The notes under the pieces are model-generated. The model saw only the letters and a program-made list of their open reading frames with translations, was not told where the DNA came from and did not search any database. A stretch of 32,000 nucleotides of DNA from Candidatus Saccharimonadota bacterium (lineage in GTDB: Bacteria > Patescibacteriota > Saccharimonadia > Saccharimonadales > UBA4665), in the NCBI GenBank assembly GCA_963716945.1, contig OY970322.1, forward strand, positions 60,001-92,000, read 5' to 3'. Shown piece after piece: positions 7,912-15,006 of the stretch. The first letter of the stretch is position 1. Each line of letters begins with the position of its first letter. Made by a program: the position numbers and the translations under genes.

Positions 7912-8152
7912 TGGCCAGTTCCTCACGGAGCCGACGCTCCCTCTCGGCTACGATTTCGGCGGCGGTCGCCAAATCTTCGACGTCGCCATTGTCAACCAGA
8001 TAGGTGGCAGCTTCTTTGCGGGCATTTTCTGTCGTTTCAGGGCCGAACCTATCTTCGGCCGCCAGCAGGACCATATGCTCGAAATACTCATGGCCGGGAT
8101 CGCGCGCCGCGCCGTCGGGCGATTCGCCGGTAGGTTGTTGCGGTGGATTCAT
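7898..8152 (-). CDS. hypothetical small acidic protein (84 aa) between dnaK and dnaJ
   Basis: The ORF fills the dnaK-dnaJ gap and its TGA overlaps the dnaJ start region. TGgTAGAAT (-10 at 8159..8164) lies 6 nt upstream of the ATG. Third codon positions are GC-rich, as in neighbouring genes. No recognisable family. Confidence 0.5.
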   Translation of the reverse strand: MNPPQQPTGESPDGAARDPGHEYFEHMVLLAAEDRFGPETTENARKEAATYLVDNGDVEDLATAAEIVAERERRLREELASGSA

Positions 8153-8227
8153 CTTTATATTCTACCAATTTTCCTCTTTAATTACGTGCCCGGGTTCAAC
8201 CTCGCCGAAGCCAATCCTAGCCGGCCG

Positions 8228-10141
8228 CTAGTCTTTCTTGGAGTCTTTGTCGTCGACGACTTCGCCTTCTATGGCGTCGTCGGTCTTTTTGTCGCTTTCG
8301 GCGTCTTCGGCCGGAGCTTCGTCGGCTTGGGCTTGTTCGTACATCTTGGCGCCAATCGGCATCAGCTTGTCGTTGAGCTCTTTGGCGGCGTTCTCGAGGG
8401 CTTCCTTATCGGCCTTTTCGTCGGTGACGACTTTCTTAGCAGTCTCGACGGCTTCGTCGAGCGTCTTCTTGTCGTCATCCGTCAGTTTGTCGCCGCTGTC
8501 TTTGCTGAGTTTTTCGGCCTGGTATACGGCACTGTCGAGCAGGTTGCGGGCTTCGACCAGTTCCTTTTTCGCCTTATCTTCGTCGGCGTGGGCTTCGGCC
8601 TCTTTGGCCATCTTTTCGACTTCGCTCTTGTCGAGGTTGCCCGAGCCGCTGATGGTAATGCTCTGCTCTTTGCCGGTGCCTTTGTCTTTGGCTGTCACGT
8701 TCAGAATGCCGTTGGCGTCAATGTTGAAGGTAACTTCGATCTGCGGGATGCCGCGCGGCGCCGGCGGGATGCCGTCGAGGATGAAGCGGCCGAGGGACTT
8801 GTTGCCTTCAATCATGTCGCGTTCACCCTGGCCGACGTGGACTTCGACTTGCGGCTGGTTGTCGGCCGCGGTCGAGAAAACTTCGGATTTGCTGGTCGGA
8901 ATAGTGGTGTTGCGCTCAATCAATTTGGTCATGACGCCGCCCATGGTCTCGATGCCGAGGCTCAGCGGGGTGACATCCAGCAGTAGGACGTCCTTGACGT
9001 CGCCTTGCAGCACGCCGCCCTGAATGGCCGCGCCGATGGCGACGACTTCGTCCGGGTTAACGCCTTTCATCGGGTCTTTGCCGAAGATTTGCTTGACCTT
9101 CTCCTGGACGGCCGGCATGCGGGTCATACCGCCGACCAGAACGACGGCGTCTATCTCGCTGGCCTTGACCTTGGCGTCCTTAAGGGCTTTCTCACAGGGC
9201 GCGGCGGTCTTATCGATCAGGTCGGCGACCAGGCTCTCCAGCTTGGCGCGCGTCAGCTTGTGCTCGAAGTGCTTCGGACCGTCGGCGTCGGCCGTCAGGA
9301 ACGGCAGGTTGACGTCGACTTCCTGGGCCGTCGACAGCTCGATCTTGGCCTTCTCGGCTTCGTCGCGCAAACGCTGCATAGCCGCCTTGTCGTCCGTAAT
9401 GTCGATGCCATGCTCTTTTTTAAACTCGTCGGCGAAGTAGTTGATGATGACACGGTCGAAATCGGCGCCGCCGAGGTGGGTGTCGCCGTTGGTCGACTTA
9501 ACTTCGAAAACGCCGTCGCCCAGTTCCAGGATCGAAACGTCGAACGTACCGCCGCCGAGGTCGTAGACGGCGATTTTTTCGTCTTTCTTCTCGCCCTTGT
9601 CGAGGCCGTAGGCCAAGGCTGCGGCAGTCGGTTCATTAATGATGCGCTTGACTTCCAGTCCGGCGATTTTGCCGGCGTCTTTGGTCGCCTGGCGCTGCGA
9701 GTCGTCGAAATAAGCCGGCACCGTAATAACGGCTTCGGTGACTTTGCCGCCCAGGAAACTTTCGGCGTCGCTCTTAAGTTTGCCGAGGATCATGGCACTG
9801 ACTTCTTCGGGGCTGTACTCTTTGTCGCCCATCTTGACCTTCACGCCGTCGCCGCTTTTGACGATCTCATAGCCCATGAGCTTGAGGTCGCGCTGGACTT
9901 CTTTGTCGCTGAATTTGCGGCCGATCAGGCGCTTGACTTCGTAAATCGTGTTTTTGGAGTTGGTGACTTGCTGGCGGCGGGCGACCTGGCCGACCAGGCG
10001 TTCACCGTTCTTGTTGACGGCCACGACGGACGGCGTGGTCCGGTTGCCTTCGCTGTTAGCGATAATTTCCGGCTTGCCGGCTTGCATGACGGCCATCGCC
10101 GAGTTGGTTGTACCGAGATCGATGCCTATGATTTTGCCCAT
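8228..10141 (-). CDS. dnaK: molecular chaperone DnaK (Hsp70)
   Basis: 637 aa with the Hsp70 signatures [18 protein letters not shown] and [10 protein letters not shown], and an acidic C-terminal tail. AAAGGA Shine-Dalgarno motif upstream. Confidence 0.98.
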   Translation of the reverse strand: MGKIIGIDLGTTNSAMAVMQAGKPEIIANSEGNRTTPSVVAVNKNGERLVGQVARRQQVTNSKNTIYEVKRLIGRKFSDKEVQRDLKLMGYEIVKSGDGVKVKMGDKEYSPEEVSAMILGKLKSDAESFLGGKVTEAVITVPAYFDDSQRQATKDAGKIAGLEVKRIINEPTAAALAYGLDKGEKKDEKIAVYDLGGGTFDVSILELGDGVFEVKSTNGDTHLGGADFDRVIINYFADEFKKEHGIDITDDKAAMQRLRDEAEKAKIELSTAQEVDVNLPFLTADADGPKHFEHKLTRAKLESLVADLIDKTAAPCEKALKDAKVKASEIDAVVLVGGMTRMPAVQEKVKQIFGKDPMKGVNPDEVVAIGAAIQGGVLQGDVKDVLLLDVTPLSLGIETMGGVMTKLIERNTTIPTSKSEVFSTAADNQPQVEVHVGQGERDMIEGNKSLGRFILDGIPPAPRGIPQIEVTFNIDANGILNVTAKDKGTGKEQSITISGSGNLDKSEVEKMAKEAEAHADEDKAKKELVEARNLLDSAVYQAEKLSKDSGDKLTDDDKKTLDEAVETAKKVVTDEKADKEALENAAKELNDKLMPIGAKMYEQAQADEAPAEDAESDKKTDDAIEGEVVDDKDSKKD

Positions 10142-10192
10142 GGTGTCTTAAATCCTTTCGTTAAAAGTTAGCAGTCATCTATTGCTACTGCC

Positions 10193-10221
10193 AGTGTAGT
10201 AAATTGGCACTCTCATGTCAA
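10193..10221 (-). promoter_or_regulatory. putative dnaK promoter overlapping CIRCE
   Basis: Minus strand reads TTGACA (10221..10216, inside the CIRCE spacer), a 17-nt spacer, then TACACT (10198..10193). Confidence 0.5.
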
Positions 10222-10230
10222 GAGTGCTAA
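10204..10230 (-). promoter_or_regulatory. CIRCE operator (HrcA binding site) upstream of dnaK
   Basis: Gene-sense strand reads TTAGCACTC-N9-GAGTGCCAA, against the consensus TTAGCACTC-N9-GAGTGCTAA (one mismatch). It starts immediately after the stop codon of the HD-domain gene. Confidence 0.9.
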
Positions 10231-10890
10231 TTACAGAGGTGAGGCGACCCTGGGATAAAGTTCGGCCAGTAAACCGGCCACGTTTTCGGGTTCCAGGCCT
10301 TGAAAAGGAGCTACTTCCCCCTCTGCCAGCAGGCGCGCGGCGATCGTTGCCGGTGAATCGGCCACCGGCCTCCTCCTATAACAACGTCCGGGGTCCTGCA
10401 TGGCGTCAAACATATCGATCGTATGTATCAACTCGACCGCGGAGGCCGTAGCCGGGCTGAGGCCGTCTTCGGCCGGAACCGGCGGCCTGACATGGTGGCG
10501 CAACGCTACGTGGGCGGCCTCGTCGATTAACTCCCGGTGGGCCGGGCCGGCCGGCAAACCTCTGATCATGAGGCTGCCTTCCCGGGTATGGACATCACCG
10601 AACATCTCGGCCTCAGCGTCGGTAAAACGGACCGGCGACTCGACGAGACCGGCGATATCGGGATGCTGCTTGCCGACATCGTGCAGCGCGCCGCTGAAAC
10701 CGAGGCTTACGACGGCCCCGTCAGCCATAGGCTCAGGCGTCGAGCAGCCTATGAACATAGCCAGGTGAGCTACCCGCCAGCTGTGCCTGACCATCACGGG
10801 CGAAACCTGTCTTAGGCCTTCGATGAGGTCATAGGCGCCGGTCTTATCAAGAGCAGCACCTAACCCGAAAAAAGCTTCCGAATAAGCCAT
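10231..10890 (-). CDS. HD-GYP-family metal-dependent phosphohydrolase with degenerate GYP motif
   Basis: 219 aa with the motif order HSWRVAHL, LHDVGK, FTDAEAEMFGDVHTREG, ALRHH, IDMFDAMQDPGRCYRR. This matches the HD-GYP layout, but the GYP segment reads VRPPVPAEDG. The gene starts 7 nt after the grpE stop behind a GAGG motif. Confidence 0.7.
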   Translation of the reverse strand: MAYSEAFFGLGAALDKTGAYDLIEGLRQVSPVMVRHSWRVAHLAMFIGCSTPEPMADGAVVSLGFSGALHDVGKQHPDIAGLVESPVRFTDAEAEMFGDVHTREGSLMIRGLPAGPAHRELIDEAAHVALRHHVRPPVPAEDGLSPATASAVELIHTIDMFDAMQDPGRCYRRRPVADSPATIAARLLAEGEVAPFQGLEPENVAGLLAELYPRVASPL

Positions 10891-10897
10891 GGCGCCT

Positions 10898-11389
10898 CTA
10901 TTGACGGGTCACCTTTACCATGGCGTGGCGGATGACGTCATCGCCCAGGCGGTAGCCCGGTTGGAGCTCTTCGCTGATAATTTCTTGCGGGCCGTCGCCG
11001 TCTTCAAGGCTGACGGCTTCGTGCAAGTTGGGGTCAAAGGGCTCGCCAACGGTTTTGATACGCTCGACGCCCATGGCCGCCAGGGTTGTCTCGAACTGTT
11101 TGACAACGGCTTGGATACCCTTTATGTAATCGTTGCCGGCCAGGTCTTGAGGCACATGCTTAAGCGCCCTCTCGAAGTTATCGATAACCGGCAGCAGGTC
11201 GGCGACGACGTCGGCCTTGAGCCGGGTCCGCAAACCGGCCAGCTCTTCTTCGTGACGGCGGCGCAGGTTGACGGCATCGGCCCGTTCGCGCTGCAAGGCG
11301 GCCGTCAGTTCTTCAAGCTGCTGCTTAAAAGCCGTCTTGGGTTCGCTCTTGGAAGCGGGCGTAGTATGCTTGGACGGCTGCTTCTTCAC
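10898..11389 (-). CDS. grpE: nucleotide exchange factor GrpE
   Basis: 163 aa with the GrpE core LLPVIDNFERAL ... FDPNLHEAV ... GYRLGDDVIRHAMVKV. The GTG start shares one nucleotide with the stop of the upstream ORF (TAGTG). A GGGGGG motif lies upstream. Confidence 0.9.
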   Translation of the reverse strand: MKKQPSKHTTPASKSEPKTAFKQQLEELTAALQRERADAVNLRRRHEEELAGLRTRLKADVVADLLPVIDNFERALKHVPQDLAGNDYIKGIQAVVKQFETTLAAMGVERIKTVGEPFDPNLHEAVSLEDGDGPQEIISEELQPGYRLGDDVIRHAMVKVTRQ

Positions 11390-11688
11390 TAGAGCCCCCC
11401 GTTAGCCACGGTCAGCGGCCTTTCGTCAAAGTCTGCCGGCTGGACGACTGACAGCCAGGCGGCTAAATGCCTGGCCTCGTTCGTCGTATCGTGGACCAGC
11501 TCTACGGTTTCATCCTTAGCCAGGCCCCTGTAGCGCAAAACCTGGCCGGCCCACCTGCCATCTCTTCGGGCCTCATCCGATTCGAAGCAATCCGGGTTGC
11601 CGGGTTCGAAATGTTCCATTACGGCTTCAAACATGATACCGAAGTCTTGGATATCTTCGCGGCCGCGCAGGCCTTCTAACTTAGACAT
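11389..11688 (-). CDS. hypothetical acidic protein (99 aa) between hrcA and grpE
   Basis: I placed the start at ATG 11688, giving MSKLEGL.... It overlaps the hrcA stop by 8 nt (ATGTCTAA) and has a GAGG motif 6 nt upstream. Its stop overlaps the grpE start. No recognisable family. Confidence 0.55.
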   Translation of the reverse strand: MSKLEGLRGREDIQDFGIMFEAVMEHFEPGNPDCFESDEARRDGRWAGQVLRYRGLAKDETVELVHDTTNEARHLAAWLSVVQPADFDERPLTVANGGL

Positions 11689-12394
11689 ACAGCACCTCTT
11701 CAAGTTCCTGGCCGGCGCGCGAGACGAGGTTCATGACGTCCCGGTAGCTCTGACGGGTCGGGCCGAGCGTGCCGATGTAGCTGCGGTCGCTGAACGGGCT
11801 GCGGAAACGGCTGATGATAAGCGAACAGCCGGCGGAACGGCCGACCGGGTTCTCGGAACCGATGTAGACGCTGAGCGGCTCGTTGGGCGCGGCTTCGCGC
11901 AGCCAGGGTTCGAGGTTGTCCAGCAGCTGGGCGACTTGCTGGACCTGCATGCCATTGATAAATTCCGGCTGGCCGAACAGGTTGCTCAGGCCGGCAATAT
12001 AGAGCTGGTTGCCGATGGTCGCCAGGCCGAGGTTATGGGTCAGTTCGACCAGCGTGTCGACGGCGTTGCGGATCATCCGTTCGGGGGCGCCGGCATGCTG
12101 GACACGGGCCGCCAGAGCCCGCTCGGCCCGGCCTTCGGGCAAAGCCGGCTGCCTGGCTTCGTTCAGGTTATTGACGTAGAAGCGGTAGCCTTTGTCGGTC
12201 GGAACGCGGCCGGCACTGGTGTGCGGCTGCATGATGTAGCCGAGGCGTTCCAGTTCGGCCATTTCGGCGCGGATGGTCGCCGAACTGACGCTGAAAAGCT
12301 TGGCCAGCAAAGTGCTGCCGACCGGGCTGGCGACTTCGGCGTACTGCTCGACGATGGCACTCAAAATATTTTGCTGGCGGCTGGTCATAGACAT
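11681..12394 (-). CDS. hrcA: heat-inducible transcription repressor HrcA (short form, 237 aa)
   Basis: N-terminal winged HTH (ILSAIVEQYAEVASPVGSTLLAKLFSVSSATIRAEMAELERLGYIMQPHTSAGRVPTDKGYRFYV) and a C-terminal GTLGPTRQSYRDVMNLV motif like the HrcA GPxRMxY. The track start at 12448 is rejected because it would place the coding sequence over the promoter and CIRCE. ATG 12394 (MSMTSRQQ) is used instead. Confidence 0.85.
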   Translation of the reverse strand: MSMTSRQQNILSAIVEQYAEVASPVGSTLLAKLFSVSSATIRAEMAELERLGYIMQPHTSAGRVPTDKGYRFYVNNLNEARQPALPEGRAERALAARVQHAGAPERMIRNAVDTLVELTHNLGLATIGNQLYIAGLSNLFGQPEFINGMQVQQVAQLLDNLEPWLREAAPNEPLSVYIGSENPVGRSAGCSLIISRFRSPFSDRSYIGTLGPTRQSYRDVMNLVSRAGQELEEVLYV

Positions 12395-12419
12395 CTTCCC
12401 GGCTTGATTATTACCTGTG

Positions 12420-12448
12420 ATTATAGCCTTTTGGCACTCAACAGTCAA
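12420..12448 (-). promoter_or_regulatory. putative hrcA operon promoter overlapping CIRCE
   Basis: Minus strand reads TTGACT (12448..12443, inside the CIRCE spacer), a 17-nt spacer, then TATAAT (12425..12420). Confidence 0.6.
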
Positions 12449-12457
12449 GAGTGCTAA
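12431..12457 (-). promoter_or_regulatory. CIRCE operator upstream of hrcA
   Basis: Gene-sense strand reads TTAGCACTC-N9-GAGTGCCAA, with the same arms and the same single mismatch as the dnaK copy. Confidence 0.9.
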
Positions 12458-12460
12458 GTT

Positions 12461-13186
12461 CTAGCCGGTTTGGTCGAGGTGGGCCTGGATGTCCTTGGCC
12501 AGCTGTTTGGCCACGGCGCGGGCGGCCGAATCGTCTTCGGCTTCGTGGGTTTTGGACGCGGCTATTGATTGGACCTGCTTGAAAGTCCTATCCAGGTTGT
12601 CGTTGATCAGGGCCACGTAATAATCGGTGTTCAACAGCTGCTCAATTTCTTCCAGGGCGGTCTGCATCCGCTGGCGGGAGTCGGCAGCATCGACCACGTC
12701 GCCGTAACGCTTCCGTAGCCGGGTCTGCCAGGTATTGAAATCCGGCGGCAGGAGAAAGATCGCCATTACGTCGGGGTCCAGCGTCTTGTATTCGGCGACG
12801 CCCTGCACTTCTATGTCGGTCATGGCGATTTTACCCTCGTCGTGGGCGGCTTGGATCTCGGCGACGCTCGTACCGTAAAGGTTGCCGCTGTAGATCTTGG
12901 CTTCGATCAGGGCTTGGTCGTCAAGCATCTTTTTGGCGGCGGCTTTGGTGATGAAGTGGTATTCGCGGCCGTTTTCTTCGATGATACCGTGATTGATCCG
13001 CGGTGGCCGTGTGGTATGCGAGATGATGTGGTGGTAGCCGCCGGTATCAAGCAGTTTGTCCTTGAGCGAATCTTTACCGGCGCCGGTCGGGCCGACCAGC
13101 AGCAAAATAGGCGTCTTCTTGACCAGCTCGGCCGTGGACGGGGCGGGACGGTAGACAGACAATTTACGGGCTAAGGCTGTGTCCAT
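12461..13186 (-). CDS. gmk: guanylate kinase family protein
   Basis: P-loop GPTGAGKDS, HTTRPPR...GREYHFI and NLYGTS motifs of Gmk. At 241 aa it has N- and C-terminal extensions relative to typical Gmk of about 205 aa. Confidence 0.7.
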   Translation of the reverse strand: MDTALARKLSVYRPAPSTAELVKKTPILLLVGPTGAGKDSLKDKLLDTGGYHHIISHTTRPPRINHGIIEENGREYHFITKAAAKKMLDDQALIEAKIYSGNLYGTSVAEIQAAHDEGKIAMTDIEVQGVAEYKTLDPDVMAIFLLPPDFNTWQTRLRKRYGDVVDAADSRQRMQTALEEIEQLLNTDYYVALINDNLDRTFKQVQSIAASKTHEAEDDSAARAVAKQLAKDIQAHLDQTG

Positions 13187-13306
13187 CTATAAGTTATATC
13201 AGATTTACAGGGGTTAGGACAATAGCTATAAACGGCCTGGAGGCTGCCGGCCGGCCGCGGGCGGCGGCATGACACTCCCGGTGCTATTGGGTTACACTGG
13301 GTTGGC

Positions 13307-13954
13307 ATGGCATCTACAGGCAGGCATAGCGGCGGTTATCGGTTACTATTCATGGCGGCCGTTATCGTGGTGGCGGCCGGTTTGGTAGGTTACGCGGCGT
13401 ATAACACCCGCCGGCAGAGCGCGCCGGCCCGGCCGGTTCAAAACCGGAACAGTATGGCCGGTTGGCATAGTTATACGCTCAAAGTCGAGAAGCTAAGTTT
13501 CAAATATCCGCCCGGCTGGTCGGTCGAGGATGATACGCAAACCGCGACCGGCATGGATTCGGTGGCCATCAACAGCCCGCACGCCTACTTCCAGGTTAAC
13601 GTCGGTACCGGTAGCGGGCAGCGTGGTGCCGATCCGGACTTCAGTGTCATAGGCAGTGACCCGATCAGCTTCGCCGGCCGGCCGGATTACCTGGTCTATA
13701 CCAGTATCGAGGACCAGCCGACTGTCGTCGTCGCCGCTTATTTATCAACTTCGCCGTCTGACTATACGGCTGCCCCGGCTGCCAAATACGCCAGAGATAG
13801 AATTCATAATCCGGCTGCCGGCCAGGTACAAATCCTGGTCAGCTACAATTCCGATTCGGGCGTCGGCGAGTCGGTCTTCGGCAACCTGGCGGCTACCGAA
13901 CGGGACCCTAACTACGTAACCGCCAAGCAAATCATCGCTTCGATGCGTTATTAA
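13307..13954 (+). CDS. hypothetical N-terminally anchored extracytoplasmic protein
   Basis: 215 aa with a single N-terminal TM helix (YRLLFMAAVIVVAAGLVGYAAY) followed by a soluble domain. No recognisable family. Confidence 0.6.
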   Translation: MASTGRHSGGYRLLFMAAVIVVAAGLVGYAAYNTRRQSAPARPVQNRNSMAGWHSYTLKVEKLSFKYPPGWSVEDDTQTATGMDSVAINSPHAYFQVNVGTGSGQRGADPDFSVIGSDPISFAGRPDYLVYTSIEDQPTVVVAAYLSTSPSDYTAAPAAKYARDRIHNPAAGQVQILVSYNSDSGVGESVFGNLAATERDPNYVTAKQIIASMRY

Positions 13955-14040
13955 TCTTAAATATAATGCTTGACCCCCGGCGAGCCGGGTGATATGTTTA
14001 AGCTTAGTTTAAGTAACCCTAACAAAACTTTAGGACAAAT

Positions 14041-14946
14041 ATGAAAATAAAAAAACTTGATATGCGCGGTATCGCTCATTATGTAGCTCCCTTATTGTTC
14101 GTACTCATTTTCGCAATCGGAGGGACGGCGTATATCGTCGCCAGCCACGCGGATACGCCTTGTCCAACTAACGCATCGGCTTGTTCGCAGCCTCCGAGCG
14201 TCACCATACTGACACCGACTATCAAATCTACCGTTTCCGGCACGGTACAGATCGCCGTACGTATTGCTGACCCGGCCGCCCTCGCCGGGACACCTATTAG
14301 CCTGCAATTTCAGGTGGACAGTACCAAGCTAGGCAGTTCTCAAGTCGTTACTCCCCCCGTTAACGGCGCCATATACACCTATAGCTGGAACAGTTCGACT
14401 ATCACTAATGGAGCGCACGAGGTAGGGGTCGGTGTCAGTCCGGTTAGCCAAACTAGCAAACCGGGTATCCTGGTACTTGGAGGCGTCGGAACATACATTC
14501 CGATAACCGTTAGTAATTCTTCCTCGACTTCTCCTTCGACCAGTTCCTACACCTTGGTTGGAACGGCTTCGGCGGCCAGCACTGGCGAAACCGTTAAGGC
14601 CTACGCTTGCGTCTCAAAACTTACAAACACTGAATGGGCCACTACTGCCCTGTATGAGCTATCGAGTTCTTACAAACAACCCGCCGGCTTCAACTGGATG
14701 GCGACGCTTACTAACACCGGTACGACGCCGTTACCCAGTAACCAGTCAGTCTCACAAAGCTTCGTTGATGACGCTACCAAACCCGCCGCTGTCATCACTC
14801 TACTGAGTAATCCAAACGGCGAAAACCCATTGACCTTCTCCTACAAGACAACGCTTAGCGGCAATACGACCACTTCAGGCACTATTGCCCAGGGTATACA
14901 CCCGGTTGACCTCGTTTCTTGCGCCGGAACTTTGCCTAGCAATTAG
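14041..14946 (+). CDS. hypothetical secreted/anchored protein with a bacterial Ig-like domain
   Basis: 301 aa with an N-terminal signal/anchor (HYVAPLLFVLIFAIGGTAYIVA). An Ig-like pattern follows (VTILTPT..STVSGTVQIAVRIAD ... FQVDSTKLG ... YSWNSSTITNGAHEVGV). A Ser/Thr-rich linker is present. Upstream promoter TTGACC-17-TATGTT and an AGGA Shine-Dalgarno motif. Confidence 0.6.
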   Translation: MKIKKLDMRGIAHYVAPLLFVLIFAIGGTAYIVASHADTPCPTNASACSQPPSVTILTPTIKSTVSGTVQIAVRIADPAALAGTPISLQFQVDSTKLGSSQVVTPPVNGAIYTYSWNSSTITNGAHEVGVGVSPVSQTSKPGILVLGGVGTYIPITVSNSSSTSPSTSSYTLVGTASAASTGETVKAYACVSKLTNTEWATTALYELSSSYKQPAGFNWMATLTNTGTTPLPSNQSVSQSFVDDATKPAAVITLLSNPNGENPLTFSYKTTLSGNTTTSGTIAQGIHPVDLVSCAGTLPSN

Positions 14947-15006
14947 TAATCCCCGGTGTTAGCGTAGCTCTTTGCGCTTTAAGGCTGTTGCCGTTGTGCG
15001 TGCTAT

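Noticed and set aside
8075-10171. Long plus-strand ORFs (303, 261, 388 and 138 aa) antisense to dnaK. Similar long antisense or alternate-frame ORFs lie over dnaJ, ftsH, lepA, hrcA, rimK and the DHA2 MFS gene, for example 28791..29585.
   Set aside because: They lie entirely inside strongly supported genes. Their products are low-complexity and Arg/Ala/Gly/Pro-rich. This is the expected stop-codon-poor shadow of GC-rich coding sequence.
12395-12448. An 18-codon N-terminal extension of hrcA in the ORF track (MTVECQKAIITGNNQAGK...).
   Set aside because: It would be encoded by the promoter -10 box and CIRCE operator themselves. HrcA homology starts at MSMTSRQQNILSAIV.
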